Shown here piece by piece: positions 38,299 through 50,946 of a DNA stretch of 64,000 nt (positions are counted from its first letter, which is position 1; each line of letters begins with the position of its first letter). Under the pieces are notes generated by a model. It was not told where the DNA came from. It saw nothing but the letters and a program-made list of their open reading frames with translations, and made no database searches. This DNA is from Saccostrea echinata (lineage: Eukaryota). The position numbers and the translations under genes were made by a program. The stretch is from the NCBI RefSeq assembly GCF_033153115.1, contig NW_026889764.1, forward strand, positions 4,464,001 to 4,528,000, read 5' to 3'.

Positions 38299-40885
38299 TT
38301 AAGTTCTCTTGAAATGATGGAATATTCCTCCAATAGACTCATAACAGGGTGTGCAACAGCAGTTGATACACATCGTGTACATACGCTGGCAAACTCCACA
38401 GTTAATCTCCACCACTTTGATACACGGTGTAAGCATCCAAATATGGAAAAAGGCGATGTACGCAAACTCGCAACCCCACTCAATGGCGATACAGCAACCA
38501 CAGCAACAGGTCAGTAACTTGTAACAGATTCCTTTCCAGAGCTCGAAGCAGGTGTTGGAGAGTTTGAAGATACAGTCGATACTGTGGGTACCATCAGGTT
38601 CTCCGATGACGTCATCAAAAAGCAGTGTCTACAATTGACATAAAATAACAGATTACGTATTTTTGTTTTTTTCCGTGTAATTTTAAATAAGTAACTTCAT
38701 GTTTTTAAAATGGACTCTCCCCGTAAATTCTCTAGGCAATTCCTCATTGAGAATATGGGGTCTTTGGCGACCAGAGCTTCCAACAAATTGTTGGGCACTA
38801 ATTGTTCTTCTTTATTTGCCGATCGGCTCCTTAATTTCTAAAGCAGAATTTATTCAAAACTCCTTCATGAGAAGAAAACTCATGTTGTGGCCTTCAACTC
38901 AACATTTAGATATTGACAACGTTTAATCAATTAACAAAAGTTTCTTTTATTCATAAATCGACTCGATATATCCCAGTGAACTCGAAATAAAAGACACTAT
39001 GAAGTCTGTTTCATCTGTTTGATATTTGGATGTATAACGGATTACTAGTATAGACGATAATGACCAACTTATAACTAAACGGCATGACAAAGGGGATAAC
39101 TTTATCTTTTCCATGGTCAACTTCCCTTAGTTATGTAGCTATATTGCAACATCATCTGCATATGGTTTTTATGTCTTCCAACTGATTCGATAGGCAAGAG
39201 TATGCTCTAAATACGATCAACAGATGCTAGAGCATGCTCTGAATATGATCAACAGATGCAAGCTACCGACAAATAAGTTGATGCTAAGTTGATCACTGTG
39301 TATTATCTTCACCTTTCACATTTACTTCTGTCGAACAATTTCAATTTCAAAATGTAATATAACGTTACCAAATTGTTTTTATTTTAGAATTACTTTTATA
39401 AAGTTTGATTCTAACAGTGTTCCTTAACTGTAAACATCGTTAAAATTATTATGTCCTCCAATTGCTTTGTCTTAAATGTTTTGTTTAGAGACCCATATAC
39501 TTGTATATTTTACTTTACGATTTATTTAAGGAATAACTGTCTTATTTTTTGGATTCATGATGTGATCAATCGAGTGGCTTCGTGATAATTTGCATAAACG
39601 CCGAAGGCGTTTATGCATAAAATTATCACGCACGCCAATCGATTGATCATCGTCATGAATCCAAAAAATCTGACAGGTATTCCTTATATTTACATGCTCC
39701 TGATTCTGCAAATTCTCGTGCTAATAGCCCCGCTTCTGTCTCTATTTGTCCCGCCCTGCACGTGATTTTTTTTAACCGCGCCTATCGATGAACCAGTAGA
39801 TTTATGTAGAAATAAAGTATTTTTACGATTTGTAATTTTATCTCGGACAAAGACATTGGAAATGTAAATATTTTACATTAAAAGATTAAAGAACAATAAA
39901 ATTTCCTTTTACCCACACATTTATGTTTTTAGCAAACTTGTTGCAAAATGTGTCTTGTTCAGTCATAAATGTTTATTTATTTCTTGTGAAGTTCTAAATC
40001 TAATTATCCTTTAATGATACAGCTAATGTTTATCCATGACGTCACAAAAAAGACTTAGTGACTGTAAATTAGGGAATAGTTGTCTTCCCATTTGTTAATT
40101 GTGACCCGTAATGTCGATTTAAAGGTCGTAAACTGAGTTTTACCAACGGTAAAATGAATGGTTTTGACCGTTAAATTGGCCTTAACGGTCAAAAATAACA
40201 AATGAGAAGATAGTTATTCCTAATTTTATGCAATTTATGCATTATTCGTTTTGCATGTTTACGTTGCATTTGTTGCAATGTCGTGAAGGGTTGTGTTTTT
40301 TGAGTCGTTCTTTTATGTCGTCAAAATCAAAAGCTTTCACGCTCGTTAATGTTATTTTATAACCTCAAACATTAGTGAATTAGCCTATCAAAATGCATTT
40401 TACAGAAATTCCTTAGAATTAGTAAAATACTCATAAGACGACTAATTTATCCTTTTTGACTTAAAAAAAATGTGTGTCATGCCATTATTATTCACAGAAT
40501 TTTCCCGTCGCCTCGACTCAGTATTTTCGTATGTTGAAATTAACATAACAGATCATTTTGCACAGGTTTTAATCATTTTATGAGGAAACTGGAATGTTTC
40601 TTTAAAATCAAAAGATTACAAAATAAATTATGTATTTTTTCTATTATCATATTTACACGGAATGTATTATAATAGCTTGCTAGATTTGCACAATCGTTGT
40701 AGAATTTGAGTTAAAGTCAATCATTCCTTACAGTGCAAGAATTTTATCATAGTCTGATATTTTCACACAAACCAACCAAAAAGAAAAAAAAACATAAAGA
40801 GAAAAAAATATCCCCTTACCCCTAAATGGCTGTTTAGTCCATTAGGATCCCTGTTTGCGAGGTCAATTTCTCCAGTTTTGTCCAT
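38299..40885 (-). CDS. Cys-rich short caveolin (cav-f), 131 aa; exons 40885-40820 and 38628-38299
   Basis: Hand-translated: MDKTGEIDLANRDPNGLNSHLG|GTAAGG ... TTGTAG|TLLFDDVIGEPDGTHSIDCIFKLSNTCFELWKGICYKLLTCCCGCCIAIEWGCEF...ESIGGIFHHFKRT*; 17 Cys. Confidence 0.92.
38745..39290 (+). pseudogene. Decayed Penelope-like reverse transcriptase fragment in the cav-f intron
   Basis: Frameshifted remnants: QQIVG..TNC, AEFIQ, AFNSTFR(YIDD-like), DSIYPSELEIKDT, VNFP, SAYG..QLIR.AR. The last overlaps the motif in 37542-38001. Confidence 0.7.
39527..39686. repeat. Long imperfect palindrome (fold-back element)
   Basis: TAAGGAATA...GGATTCATGA...GCATAAACGCC-GAA-GGCGTTTATGC...TCATGAATCC...TATTCCTTA. Confidence 0.85.
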
Positions 40886-41480
40886 TTCATTTGAGTTTGG
40901 TGATCCTTTTCTGAAAGATAAAATTTAACACTACACGGTCAGAACCCGGTATCCTCGGTTGCTTGTGTTCACTGCTGTCATGGTCAAGTCTACCAAACTA
41001 TAATAATGGGTATTGACCAATGCATATGAATAGTTAAATATTCATGAATCTTCAATAAATCGGAGTTGATTGTGTGTGAGAGAGACATGGTTAATTTCTG
41101 TTGCAATGTGTTCAATTTGATTCTGATGTGTACAACAAATAGTCAAAATATTTCTTTCTTTCATTAAAATGTAATTTTCTAATTGCTTCTTGCATAATTA
41201 TACTTATTAAAGGGTTATTTTCCCCTTAACCAATTTCGCCCCTTTTTAAATTCTTCCAGACACACTGTGTTGAAGAGATAATGTTGTCTTCATTTAATTT
41301 GTCCCGTTTCAATCAGCCCCTTTGCATCAAGGGCGAAGGGGCAAAAATAGTACATTACAGTTATAGTTTGCCTACTCCATTTAATCAATTACGCACAGGT
41401 TTCATAAATAAAGAGAAGAACAATTCATTTAGCGTTTCGAGAAATAGGGCCATAGAATGCCCAGATTTTAGTCCATTCTG

Positions 41481-42808
41481 TCTTAAAACTAACACAGATA
41501 AATTCCATTGACTGACTTTTATAACAATAATCTTTGAATGCATAAACATATCTAAAAATCTTAAATTTGTTCAGAATTTGACTGTTTTCATGTTGCAAAG
41601 TTTCCACTGTCAATACTTAGCATTTTCACTCTCACAAGGTTTAAATCTGGTAGTTAAAATTGACCGTGTTATTCCAGAACTGTGTGTTACTTTTGATATC
41701 ATGTTTTATATATGTCACCTTATGCGCTGCTAAAAGTTGCTTTGAATTTTTAAGCGCTAAGCGCAGCGCAAAGCGCTTACTGTCATCTTAAAACTACTTC
41801 CGTTGGCGATCCAGCGCCACTAAGCAAGTTAGATAACTCTACTGACATGATTGAGTTTTCTAAAAATATGCAACTGGAAATCCCCGTCCCTCTATCGGCT
41901 ATCGGCTATTTTAGTGCACGATAGAGTTGCATGCAGTTCTTAAAACTAACACAGATAAATTCCATTGACTGACTTTTATAACAATAATCTTTGAATGCAT
42001 AAACATATCTAAAAATCTTAAATTTGTTCAGAATTTGACAAAAATTAACTGCAGAAAGTACCCTTGATATTGACGGTTTTTTTTGTTTTTGAAATGCCTG
42101 CGTAAGAGTAAGACTAGCATCAAATCTTAGTGACAAAATAAATATTAATGTATTTGAGAATATAAATGATGAAATTATTGAAAACGATATTGTATCGCTC
42201 AATCAGATAGAGTGCTGCTAGATTGTATTATTACACCATAGCGAATTAGAATACACTTTTAACTCGTTTAATCACACATTAACGCGAGATTACACTTGGA
42301 TAAATAATACCCAAATGATATAAAATGCACCTAAAGGCACTTCAGTAAAAAATAAAATCACAAATTTCGTCCCTCTGGTCTTAGTGGGAGCATATATCTA
42401 ATTTTTAGAATCTTTGTATTAAAAAAAAAATCTCACACATTTCATAAAACTATAGACTGTTTTCATGTTGCAAAGTTTCCACTGTCAATACTTAGCATTT
42501 TCACTCTCACAAGGTTTAAATCTGGTAGTTAAAATTGACCGTGTTATTCCAGAACTGTGTGTTACTTTTGATATCATGTTTTATATATGTCACCTTATGC
42601 GCTGCTAAAAGTTGCTTTGAATTTTTAAGCGCTAAGCGCAGCGCAAAGCGCTTACTGTCATCTTAAAACTACTTCCGTTGGCGATCCAGCGCCACTAAGC
42701 AAGTTAGATAACTCTACTGACATGATTGAGTTTTCTAAAAATATGCAACTGGAAATCCCCGTCCCTCTATCGGCTATTTTAGTGCACGATAGAGTTGCAT
42801 GCAGTTCT
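41481..42808. repeat. Near-identical local duplication, arrangement A-B-A-C-B
   Basis: A 41481-41582 = 41938-42039; B 41580-41940 = 42455-42808 (first copy has an extra 7-bp CTATCGG). Confidence 0.9.
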
Positions 42809-43784
42809 GATAATAAGTGTCAATTAGTAAGGTAGAGATTAAACCTTCATACGTGCATGTTAGATGATAAGGCGGTTCTTATATTTGCTCATTGTAGTTC
42901 ATTAGAAAATACTAGTAAGTGTCGACACACACCACCTGAGTAACACACTAGTGCTATGGATATAGTATTCTTATCAGCATGTTTTGCGTTGAAGTTAATA
43001 TCATACCCTAAGAAGATAACATTGATGCAGAGCATTAAATGTCAGTACGAATTTAACTGAAGGATTCAAATACATATTTCTACAGGAAAAACCCTTAAAT
43101 TTCTAATATGACATATTTTTATTTCTAAGTAGAAAAGTATAAACAAGAAATGTATACAAATCAGCTACACATATTCTGAGATCATCAGAAATGGCATTAT
43201 TTTAATCTTTGGTTTAAATAAATTATAATTAATGCATATGAGAATCGGAGATAAAATGATAGGAATGTTTTATCATCAAACGAAGAAGACAAATGTAATG
43301 TCCTTATACTCAAAATCTCTATGTATACCGATGATTTCTGACAAAATTACGTAAAATTTTCGGGTTTTCCCATATCTATTTCATTGATGTTATCTATAAG
43401 GAACTATTTTATGGAAGCTACATGTATAAAAAAGTAAAAGTCTTATTTCTCCATGTGCATAAAAGTCTTATTTCTCCATGTGCATATTCTAACACAACCT
43501 ATAACAGCTAATAAATAGATCGGTCGCTCTTACGGCCGATGATAACAAATAAAATCAGTCACCAACACCCAATCTTAAATTTGAAAAACCAAATGACACC
43601 CTGCTCTACACTCGGGAGTTTAGCAGTCAGTATTGCACATCAATAAGGGGAATGTCAGCTATATTTTTCAGGTGTTCAGAATTTGTCAAATTATGATGAT
43701 TATTTTTTTTTTGGCAAATGTATTGCTAAATCTATCATTTGAACTTCGTCGGAAAGTCTGTGAAATATCAATAAAAAAGGGATA

Positions 43785-43991
43785 CTGTAAACCAGCTATT
43801 ATTCGCGTCAACTTTTATTCGCGATAAGTCGGTTTGAAATCAATCCGCGACGATTAATTTTCGCGACTGAGGAAACATTCTCTACAAATACAAAGCAAAT
43901 TAAATGGTTCGCGGCGATTGATATTCGCGAGTTAAAATAGATCGCGAAAGTCGCGAATATTTCTCGCACGCGAATAAAAATTGGTTTACAG
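43785..43991. mobile_element. TA-flanked MITE (Tc1/mariner-type target site)
   Basis: TA|CTGTAAACCA...TGGTTTACAG|TA with internal TTCGCG/CGCGAA repeats. Confidence 0.8.
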
Positions 43992-44218
43992 TAATCGACA
44001 AAATCAAAGAGTAGAATTATAAGAAAGTGAAACCAGTACAACATTGTTGTCTGTTTGTGTTCAGTGGTATATGTTAAATTCCAGCAAATTGAGTACACAT
44101 GGTTAAACGTTAACATAAATTTAAACAGAACCCAAGCCTATGTGTACAGATACGAATAATTTAATTTGAATATCATGATATATTTAGAATTTTCTTTTTC
44201 GTTCAAATCATGAACTTC

Positions 44219-44254
<36 letters not shown>

Positions 44255-45520
44255 ATAGGGAATTTCAAAACTGAAAACAAAATGCCAACACAATAATTGA
44301 TTTCGTGCTTTCTTTAACTAAGCGCATTCTTTCGCGATGGAGATAGAAATGCCCTTTAGTCCAGGACATTGTGCAGTTGATTACACCGCGACATTGTATA
44401 TCACTGTATATGTTTTAAGGACACCATTGAAAAAAGTACTGGTGAAATATTTTGCTTAAAACTGGGTGAACCACGCTAACAAAACTTTATGTTGTATTTT
44501 ATTACATTTTTATTGATACTAAGTATTGTGGCCAAGCCATTTTAAGCTGGAATTTAGAAAACTGGGATTGGCACTTGAATTTTCTATTTATTTTTATAAT
44601 TTTTATGACATTAAGGAAGTAATTAAAACTAGCTTTAGAGTAGAGCGCTGCCCATAACCGCAAACGCTTAAAGGAATGCCTCAGCGAAAATATGGAGAAA
44701 TGGTGGTCATTCTGCTCATTTGTATGTCGGCCGTATTGTTGCTATTAGGCGGTAGATTCAATAAAATTAAAGTTTTTTTACAGAGAAAATACAAAAATTC
44801 TTATATACATTTTTATATACTTACCATATCGGATAAAATTTTACGATCGTTTGTTTTTTTTAACATGGAAAATTACATAATTGGTGATACCCAAATGAAA
44901 GTTGTGACCGCATTTTTTATTTAAAAATTCGAAGCGGAGTATAATTACTGTTCTGTTAAAGGTCAGGGCACAGAATAAGGTTTTTATTATATCTTATGAT
45001 GATTTTTAAGTGTTTATTATTTGTAAGTTGAGTCTTCTGTCGATTAATATATGCAAGATTAAACCTATTTTTATTAAATACGGAAGATTTATCATTTCGC
45101 GAAGAGCTACAACCACCTTATTCATTTGAAAATGACAAGTTTTGCATTAGTATAACCTACTAATTAAAAAAACCGGTATCATGAGTCGTCAACTGTTAAT
45201 CACATAAAATTCTGCCTATATAAATATAACTATGACGAAGGCATATCGAAAAAAACAAAATTTTTCGGGCTTGCAGTTTTTATATCAAATTCTTAAGAAA
45301 TGGAATTTCGAGTTTAGGCAGAATCTTATGAAAATTAATGAGATGTAGACCATGTGGAAGCAAACTCATGAATAAACTGAACACCATGTCTTCAAATGAA
45401 GAAAATTTGGATTGTGCACTTTGATCCAAAGGAACTTTTTTCTATAATAGTAACTTCTGGACACAGAATGTAACACAAATAGACTGTTTTTCATAACTAC
45501 AATACTGCTCTTTGGTGCGA

Positions 45521-45770
45521 TAAACAGAGAAAAAATAGCTCACTTGCTTTAAGGAAATTTGCTGTTAATTAAATTCTCTTTGTAAAATATGTGCCCTTTA
45601 AAGACTTCGTTATGAAAATGCAACTTATATATGGCATCATGTGAGTAAACAGAGAAAAAACAGCTCACTTGCTTTAAGGAAATTTGCTGTTAATTAAATT
45701 CTCTTTGTAAAATATGTGCCCTTTAAAGACTTCGTTATGAAAATGCAACTTATATATGGCATCATGTGAG
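45521..45770. repeat. 125-bp tandem duplication (2 copies)
   Basis: TAAACAGAGAAAAAA..CATCATGTGAG at 45521 and 45646, one mismatch seen. Confidence 0.9.
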
Positions 45771-46431
45771 GTCACAGTGTACAAAGTTCAAATGTCTCCT
45801 CGTGCAGATTGAAGAGGCAGGTATTAGTTTATTTTAAAGTAAATATGCATTTAACAAATACACTCGCCCCAAATTACCTATTCCAATGCAACAGGAAATT
45901 TAAATTTAAACAAATTCTGATTAATTTAAAATTGTAAACATTGCTTAGCTCTTTCCAGTACTTTCAGTACTTTGATTATAACAATGAACCTTAACAGATA
46001 AAAGTTTCTCTCTGAAAGGCCCGAAGTGTTCTGATTAAATGTAGTTCAAAATAAATATTTTGAATGCACGCTCAGAAAGATCTAATGCGTGAATGTGCTA
46101 ATTAATAAAAAAAACTTCCAAATAGCTAAATTTTGAAAGCAAAATGAGTACCTGAAATCAGAGTACTAAAAGCACTGATTCTTTACTAATCCACAAACAT
46201 CAGAACAGTTTAATTACAAACAAAGATACATGTGTAATTAATTTTTTTCTGCAATTTTATTCTTCTTAAACCAACAGAAAATTTTAAGTAAAGAAGAAGG
46301 CATAATTTTCATTGAACATTTGTCACGAAAGAAGAATTGTTTGTATACAATGAGCAAAAAATCTCGATTCACAAGTTTGAAATGTTGATCTTAATCTCTT
46401 GAAATGGTGACATATACCCCCGAAATATTCA

Positions 46432-47894
46432 TTATGTTCTTTTGAAATGATGGAATATTCCACCCATTGATTCATAACAGGGTGTGCAACAGCAGTTGAT
46501 ACACATCGTGTACATTCGTTGGCAAATTCCGCAATTAATCTCCACCACTTTGATGCACGGTGTAAGCATCCAGATATGGAAAAAGGCAATGTACGCAAAC
46601 TCGCAACCCCACTCCATGGCGATACAGCAACCACAGCAAAAGGTCATCAATTTATAACAGAGGCCTTTCCAAAGCTCAAAGCAGGTGTTAGAGAGTTTGA
46701 AGACACAGTCGATACTGTGGGTACCATCAGGTTCTCCGATGACGTCATTGAAAAGGAGAGTCTACAATTAAATGATGAATATTTGATTTGTAATGTTTTA
46801 GGGGTTTTGAAATAGAGTTTGAAATTTAAGTTCTTACAGTACTTTTCAAACAAAAGTTAATAAACTTTAAAATGTATTTTAGATTTTAATTTTTACAAAC
46901 AAGATATTTTTTCTTTGAATTAAAAATTAAGATTGTTAACGATAAAATTCGTGTAATATTTCGCGTTATAAATGGAGACAAAAAAAAAATGGTTCACATC
47001 GTATAACTTGTGTTGCGTACGTCACAGTCTAACGTCGACAAATATTATTTTCTAATAAAAAGATAAAATTAAATTATAGGGATTTACTTTGTAGTTAATT
47101 ATGAGTAGAAAGAGTAAACGATTTTTTCACAAAATGCTTCGTGGTTAACTCCTTAAATCCAGGTGTTACTCATTATAAATTCAACTAATAGAGTGCTAAA
47201 TGGTTGTCACTAAATGCACTTCTTACAGGGGAAAATATAATCAGAACTCACTGGCAGAATATATTTCGCAGTTAAGGAAGCTCTAAACACTGCACACTAA
47301 GGAGTTCTACTTATAGGGTAATTTTTTGCAGATAGAGTGATCTGCCCTTAGAAGTAAAATACATGTAGAAAAATGACAATTTACAGTTAATTACACAATC
47401 TGTAATAGAATAAAATATTCTTAGCATTACATTAAACCAAGAATAAGTAATCGAATTCATTATTTCCATTCATTTTCCCAATGTAAGTAAACAGCAGTGA
47501 TTTCTGTTCGGGAATAGTTCATTGTTTTTGAACATTTTTCCTGCAGAAATAAGGCAGGCACCCTTTCTTGAAAATGAACTAAATAGTCTCGATATACACA
47601 CTTTTTTATGATATATTTTTCTCCAAGTCCAAAAAGCACTTTTTGTTAGTGTTTAGAGCTTCCTTGATCTACATTTTTTAATATCCCATACGTGTGCTTT
47701 ATTTTGACATTTTTGCTCAAATCTATAAAACTAGCATTTGTAGATCGAGGAGAAGAAGATTCACTTGAAAAGGGCTCAACATTGCTCAGTAAGTCTAAAA
47801 TGTACTTAAAGTGAACATTTCTTACCCCAAGATGACTGTTCAATTCATTAGGATCTCTGTGTTCCAAATCGATAACTCCAGTTTTGTCAACCAT
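46432..47894 (-). CDS. Cys-rich short caveolin (cav-g), 132 aa; exons 47894-47826 and 46761-46432
   Basis: MVDKTGVIDLEHRDPNELNSHLG|GTAAGA ... TTGTAG|TLLFNDVIGEP...HHFKRT*. Confidence 0.93.
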
Positions 47895-48262
47895 TTTTGC
47901 ACCCTCTCACAAATAACTGAATATACCCACTGTGTTTGATTTCAGGTGTATCTATGCATGTTGTCAGGCACGCTTCAGTATATATTAAACTCAAATGGTT
48001 TTATTGGTCAAAAATGACAATCAATGTTGATTTTAGTACTTAATGGATTTCTTTTAAATTCAATGGTCATTTAATTAGAAAAATGCTATTGAACCTTTGT
48101 TGAATTCGGCTGTTTTCTTTGTAACAATAAACGTTCTCAGGGCAACAATTGCAATATAGATTTGAAGCGTATACAATGATCACAAGTACAAATATTAACC
48201 TATTTATTATGTACCAAAACAAATGAATATTAATATCGAACTTTTGGGTCTCATATTTCAGA

Positions 48263-48265
<3 letters not shown>

Positions 48266-48331
<66 letters not shown>
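48266..48331. repeat. (AT)n microsatellite
   Basis: Perfect run, directly abutting a short Penelope-like 3' tail fragment (48331-48408). Confidence 0.9.
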
Positions 48332-48335
<4 letters not shown>

Positions 48336-50087
48336 CATGAAGATAACGAACAGTATTCAAGCTCAAATGTTTATTAAAACAATACACATTTGGAGCAGAG
48401 CAAACACGTTTATCATAATTTTTTTTATATTTTAAACCAATACATTTCTATTGACCTGTCTTCTGTCAGTCAGAAAAATTGTCCGTTTGATTTGAAGAAT
48501 TATTCATATACTGCTTAAAACAATTCTTTTGATATAAGATGCTTAGTTGAAGCCTCAAATTTTGTAACAAACTAAAATTTTAATATTCTATATCTTCAAG
48601 TTTTGTCCTCAATGATCTTTTCCTATGTATGAAAAAGGCATGATTTCGCATATAGAAAAGTCTACATAGCCCTAGATTTATTTTTATTTTAAGTATTATC
48701 AAAAGCCTACCCCAAGTTTGGAATACTGAAGGAAACATAGATAAAGGAAAGGTGGAAAGATTACATAAAGATATCGTAAAGTTAAATGTGAAGAGAACGA
48801 ACAGTAAGCATAATCCAAAATCCAGTGAAACAATACAAATAGTGAGCAGATTAAACAAGAACTTCTAACACATCGGAGAGGGGATCAGGTGCCATGGATA
48901 AGTGAACATTCCCAGTAGACCGCCCACACCCGCCATGTATTTTTATATTGGGCATCCTAAGAAATATTGCTTCTCATCACTCATTTCCTTCAAATTCTAA
49001 ATGTAATGATGATACTACATGAAAAAATTCGTATGTTTTTAACAATTATGCTTGCTGAAAGAGAGATCCATGCCAAACTTCCCCTGATTTTAATGCTATT
49101 ACATTGTATATCTGCTTTTTTAGACTTGCCAAATCCTACTTATACTACCCATACTTGAACAAGAAATCAAAAGTTCTTTGAGCAACAAGAGGAGTTTGAA
49201 TTAACAGTTTATTATTACCATTTTGGTAATTTTTGTTTATTTCTTTTAAAATGTCTTGTATTGAACATGACACATTATTCCAAACTTAAACACAACTTGG
49301 TAATAAAACAGTTTCCTTGTCGATGAAAGCCCCCCCCCCCCCCCAAAAAAAAATCCTAAAACTAAAAGACCCAGGAAACTAATGTTGTTTATGCGTATGA
49401 TTCCTTACAATTTTTATCTGTTTACAGAAAACCCATTTATTATAACAAAGATTTATCTCAAAGTTCGCAAGAAGCACCGCTCGCAAAATTAAACTAAAAT
49501 TCACTTTTATTTTTATACTGCTGAAATACATTTTAAAAAAATCCTTGATCAGTAGACCACTCGAGAATTCATGTTCACTCTATTTAACGTCTTCAAGACA
49601 TTCCACGATATTAATTCTCACGTAAAATTAGGAATATGCAGTACTCCTGAAGCATGCTGATTTTCTAACTTATCATGTTTATATATTAAAGACGTCTAAT
49701 GACAAGGTGTAAAATTTAGCGACGAATAGATGAATGTTCTTGAACAATCAAACTCTCGAGTCATATGAAACCTACTCAAAAAATTCTAGTCAGTGTAAAA
49801 TATATTTCTGTGAAAGACATCTTCTCTTGCTCAAGCGTTGTCTTTGTCCTCTTAAATACTAGTAGCTAAGAGTTGTTGATAAAGCAAAACTACATTTAAT
49901 TCACTTTCTTTCCATTATATCCATGAGATATGAGGCTTTAAATTTTACACTGGTGTTAACAAGAAGGACACGGTTTGTTAACGACCGAATTTGCTGATCC
50001 CAAATTTAATATAAAAATTAAGACACGGATAAAATTTTGATAGTTTGCAGTTAAGAATTTTAAATACTGCTTGTTTTAAGACCAGTA

Positions 50088-50305
50088 CTGTAGATTCCTA
50101 AATATACGCGAGGAATTAATTATCGCGTAATTACGCGAGAAGAACCACTCGCGAAATAAAATTACTCGAATTTTATTTTTATGGTGCTGAAATCAATGTA
50201 AAATCCCTTGATCAACCGTCCATTCGTGAATTATTGTTCTCGCGATTTGATGTGAAAGAGCCATTTCGCGATAATAAGTACTCGCGAAAAATAAGGAATC
50301 TACAG
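50088..50305. mobile_element. TA-flanked MITE
   Basis: TA|CTGTAGATTCCT...AGGAATCTACAG|TA with internal CGCGA repeats; same architecture as 43785-43991. Confidence 0.8.
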
Positions 50306-50946
50306 TATTAGATTTCTTTAAATGCGTACATGAAGGCCACAAGAGGATGCCAAAGTAGGACATTTTACTGAATTCCACAATTCTGGTTGAATTTCATCAA
50401 ATTTGAGATATATACTTGTCACTTCGGGAAACACAGAGCACTAGCTTACCTATCTGAATACACAAGATGCATCTGTTTCTAATGCACGAAATACCTAGAT
50501 TTGGCAGGTAGGCAAGCTTGTGTTCTGTGTTTTCTGAAACAAAATGATTTTAAAATTGATGAAAAACTGCATTAAAATAAGAAATTTGGAAATTGACATA
50601 GTTCGTGACCTTCATGTGCCATTTTTGTATCCCATAACTCGGAATCAATTCTCATTTGTAAGAGGGATGACAACAGGTTTTTAATGATGAACTATTGCAT
50701 CATTCCTAGAGACATCCCAACCAGAGGCCAAGAAGGGGTATTGGCTTATCTGGAACTTTGAATGAAATGTGACCTATAGCGCATTTATTCTCCGACAACA
50801 AGAAAAAGAAACAAGAATATAACGAGATGTAGTTTTATTCAACTGACTAAATATGTACAAAGTCTTGCCTCAGTAACACAGTATCACAGTTTGCATTTTT
50901 AAAGGCCTCGTTAATAAATTATGGGAATAAATAATGAAGCCTTTAA

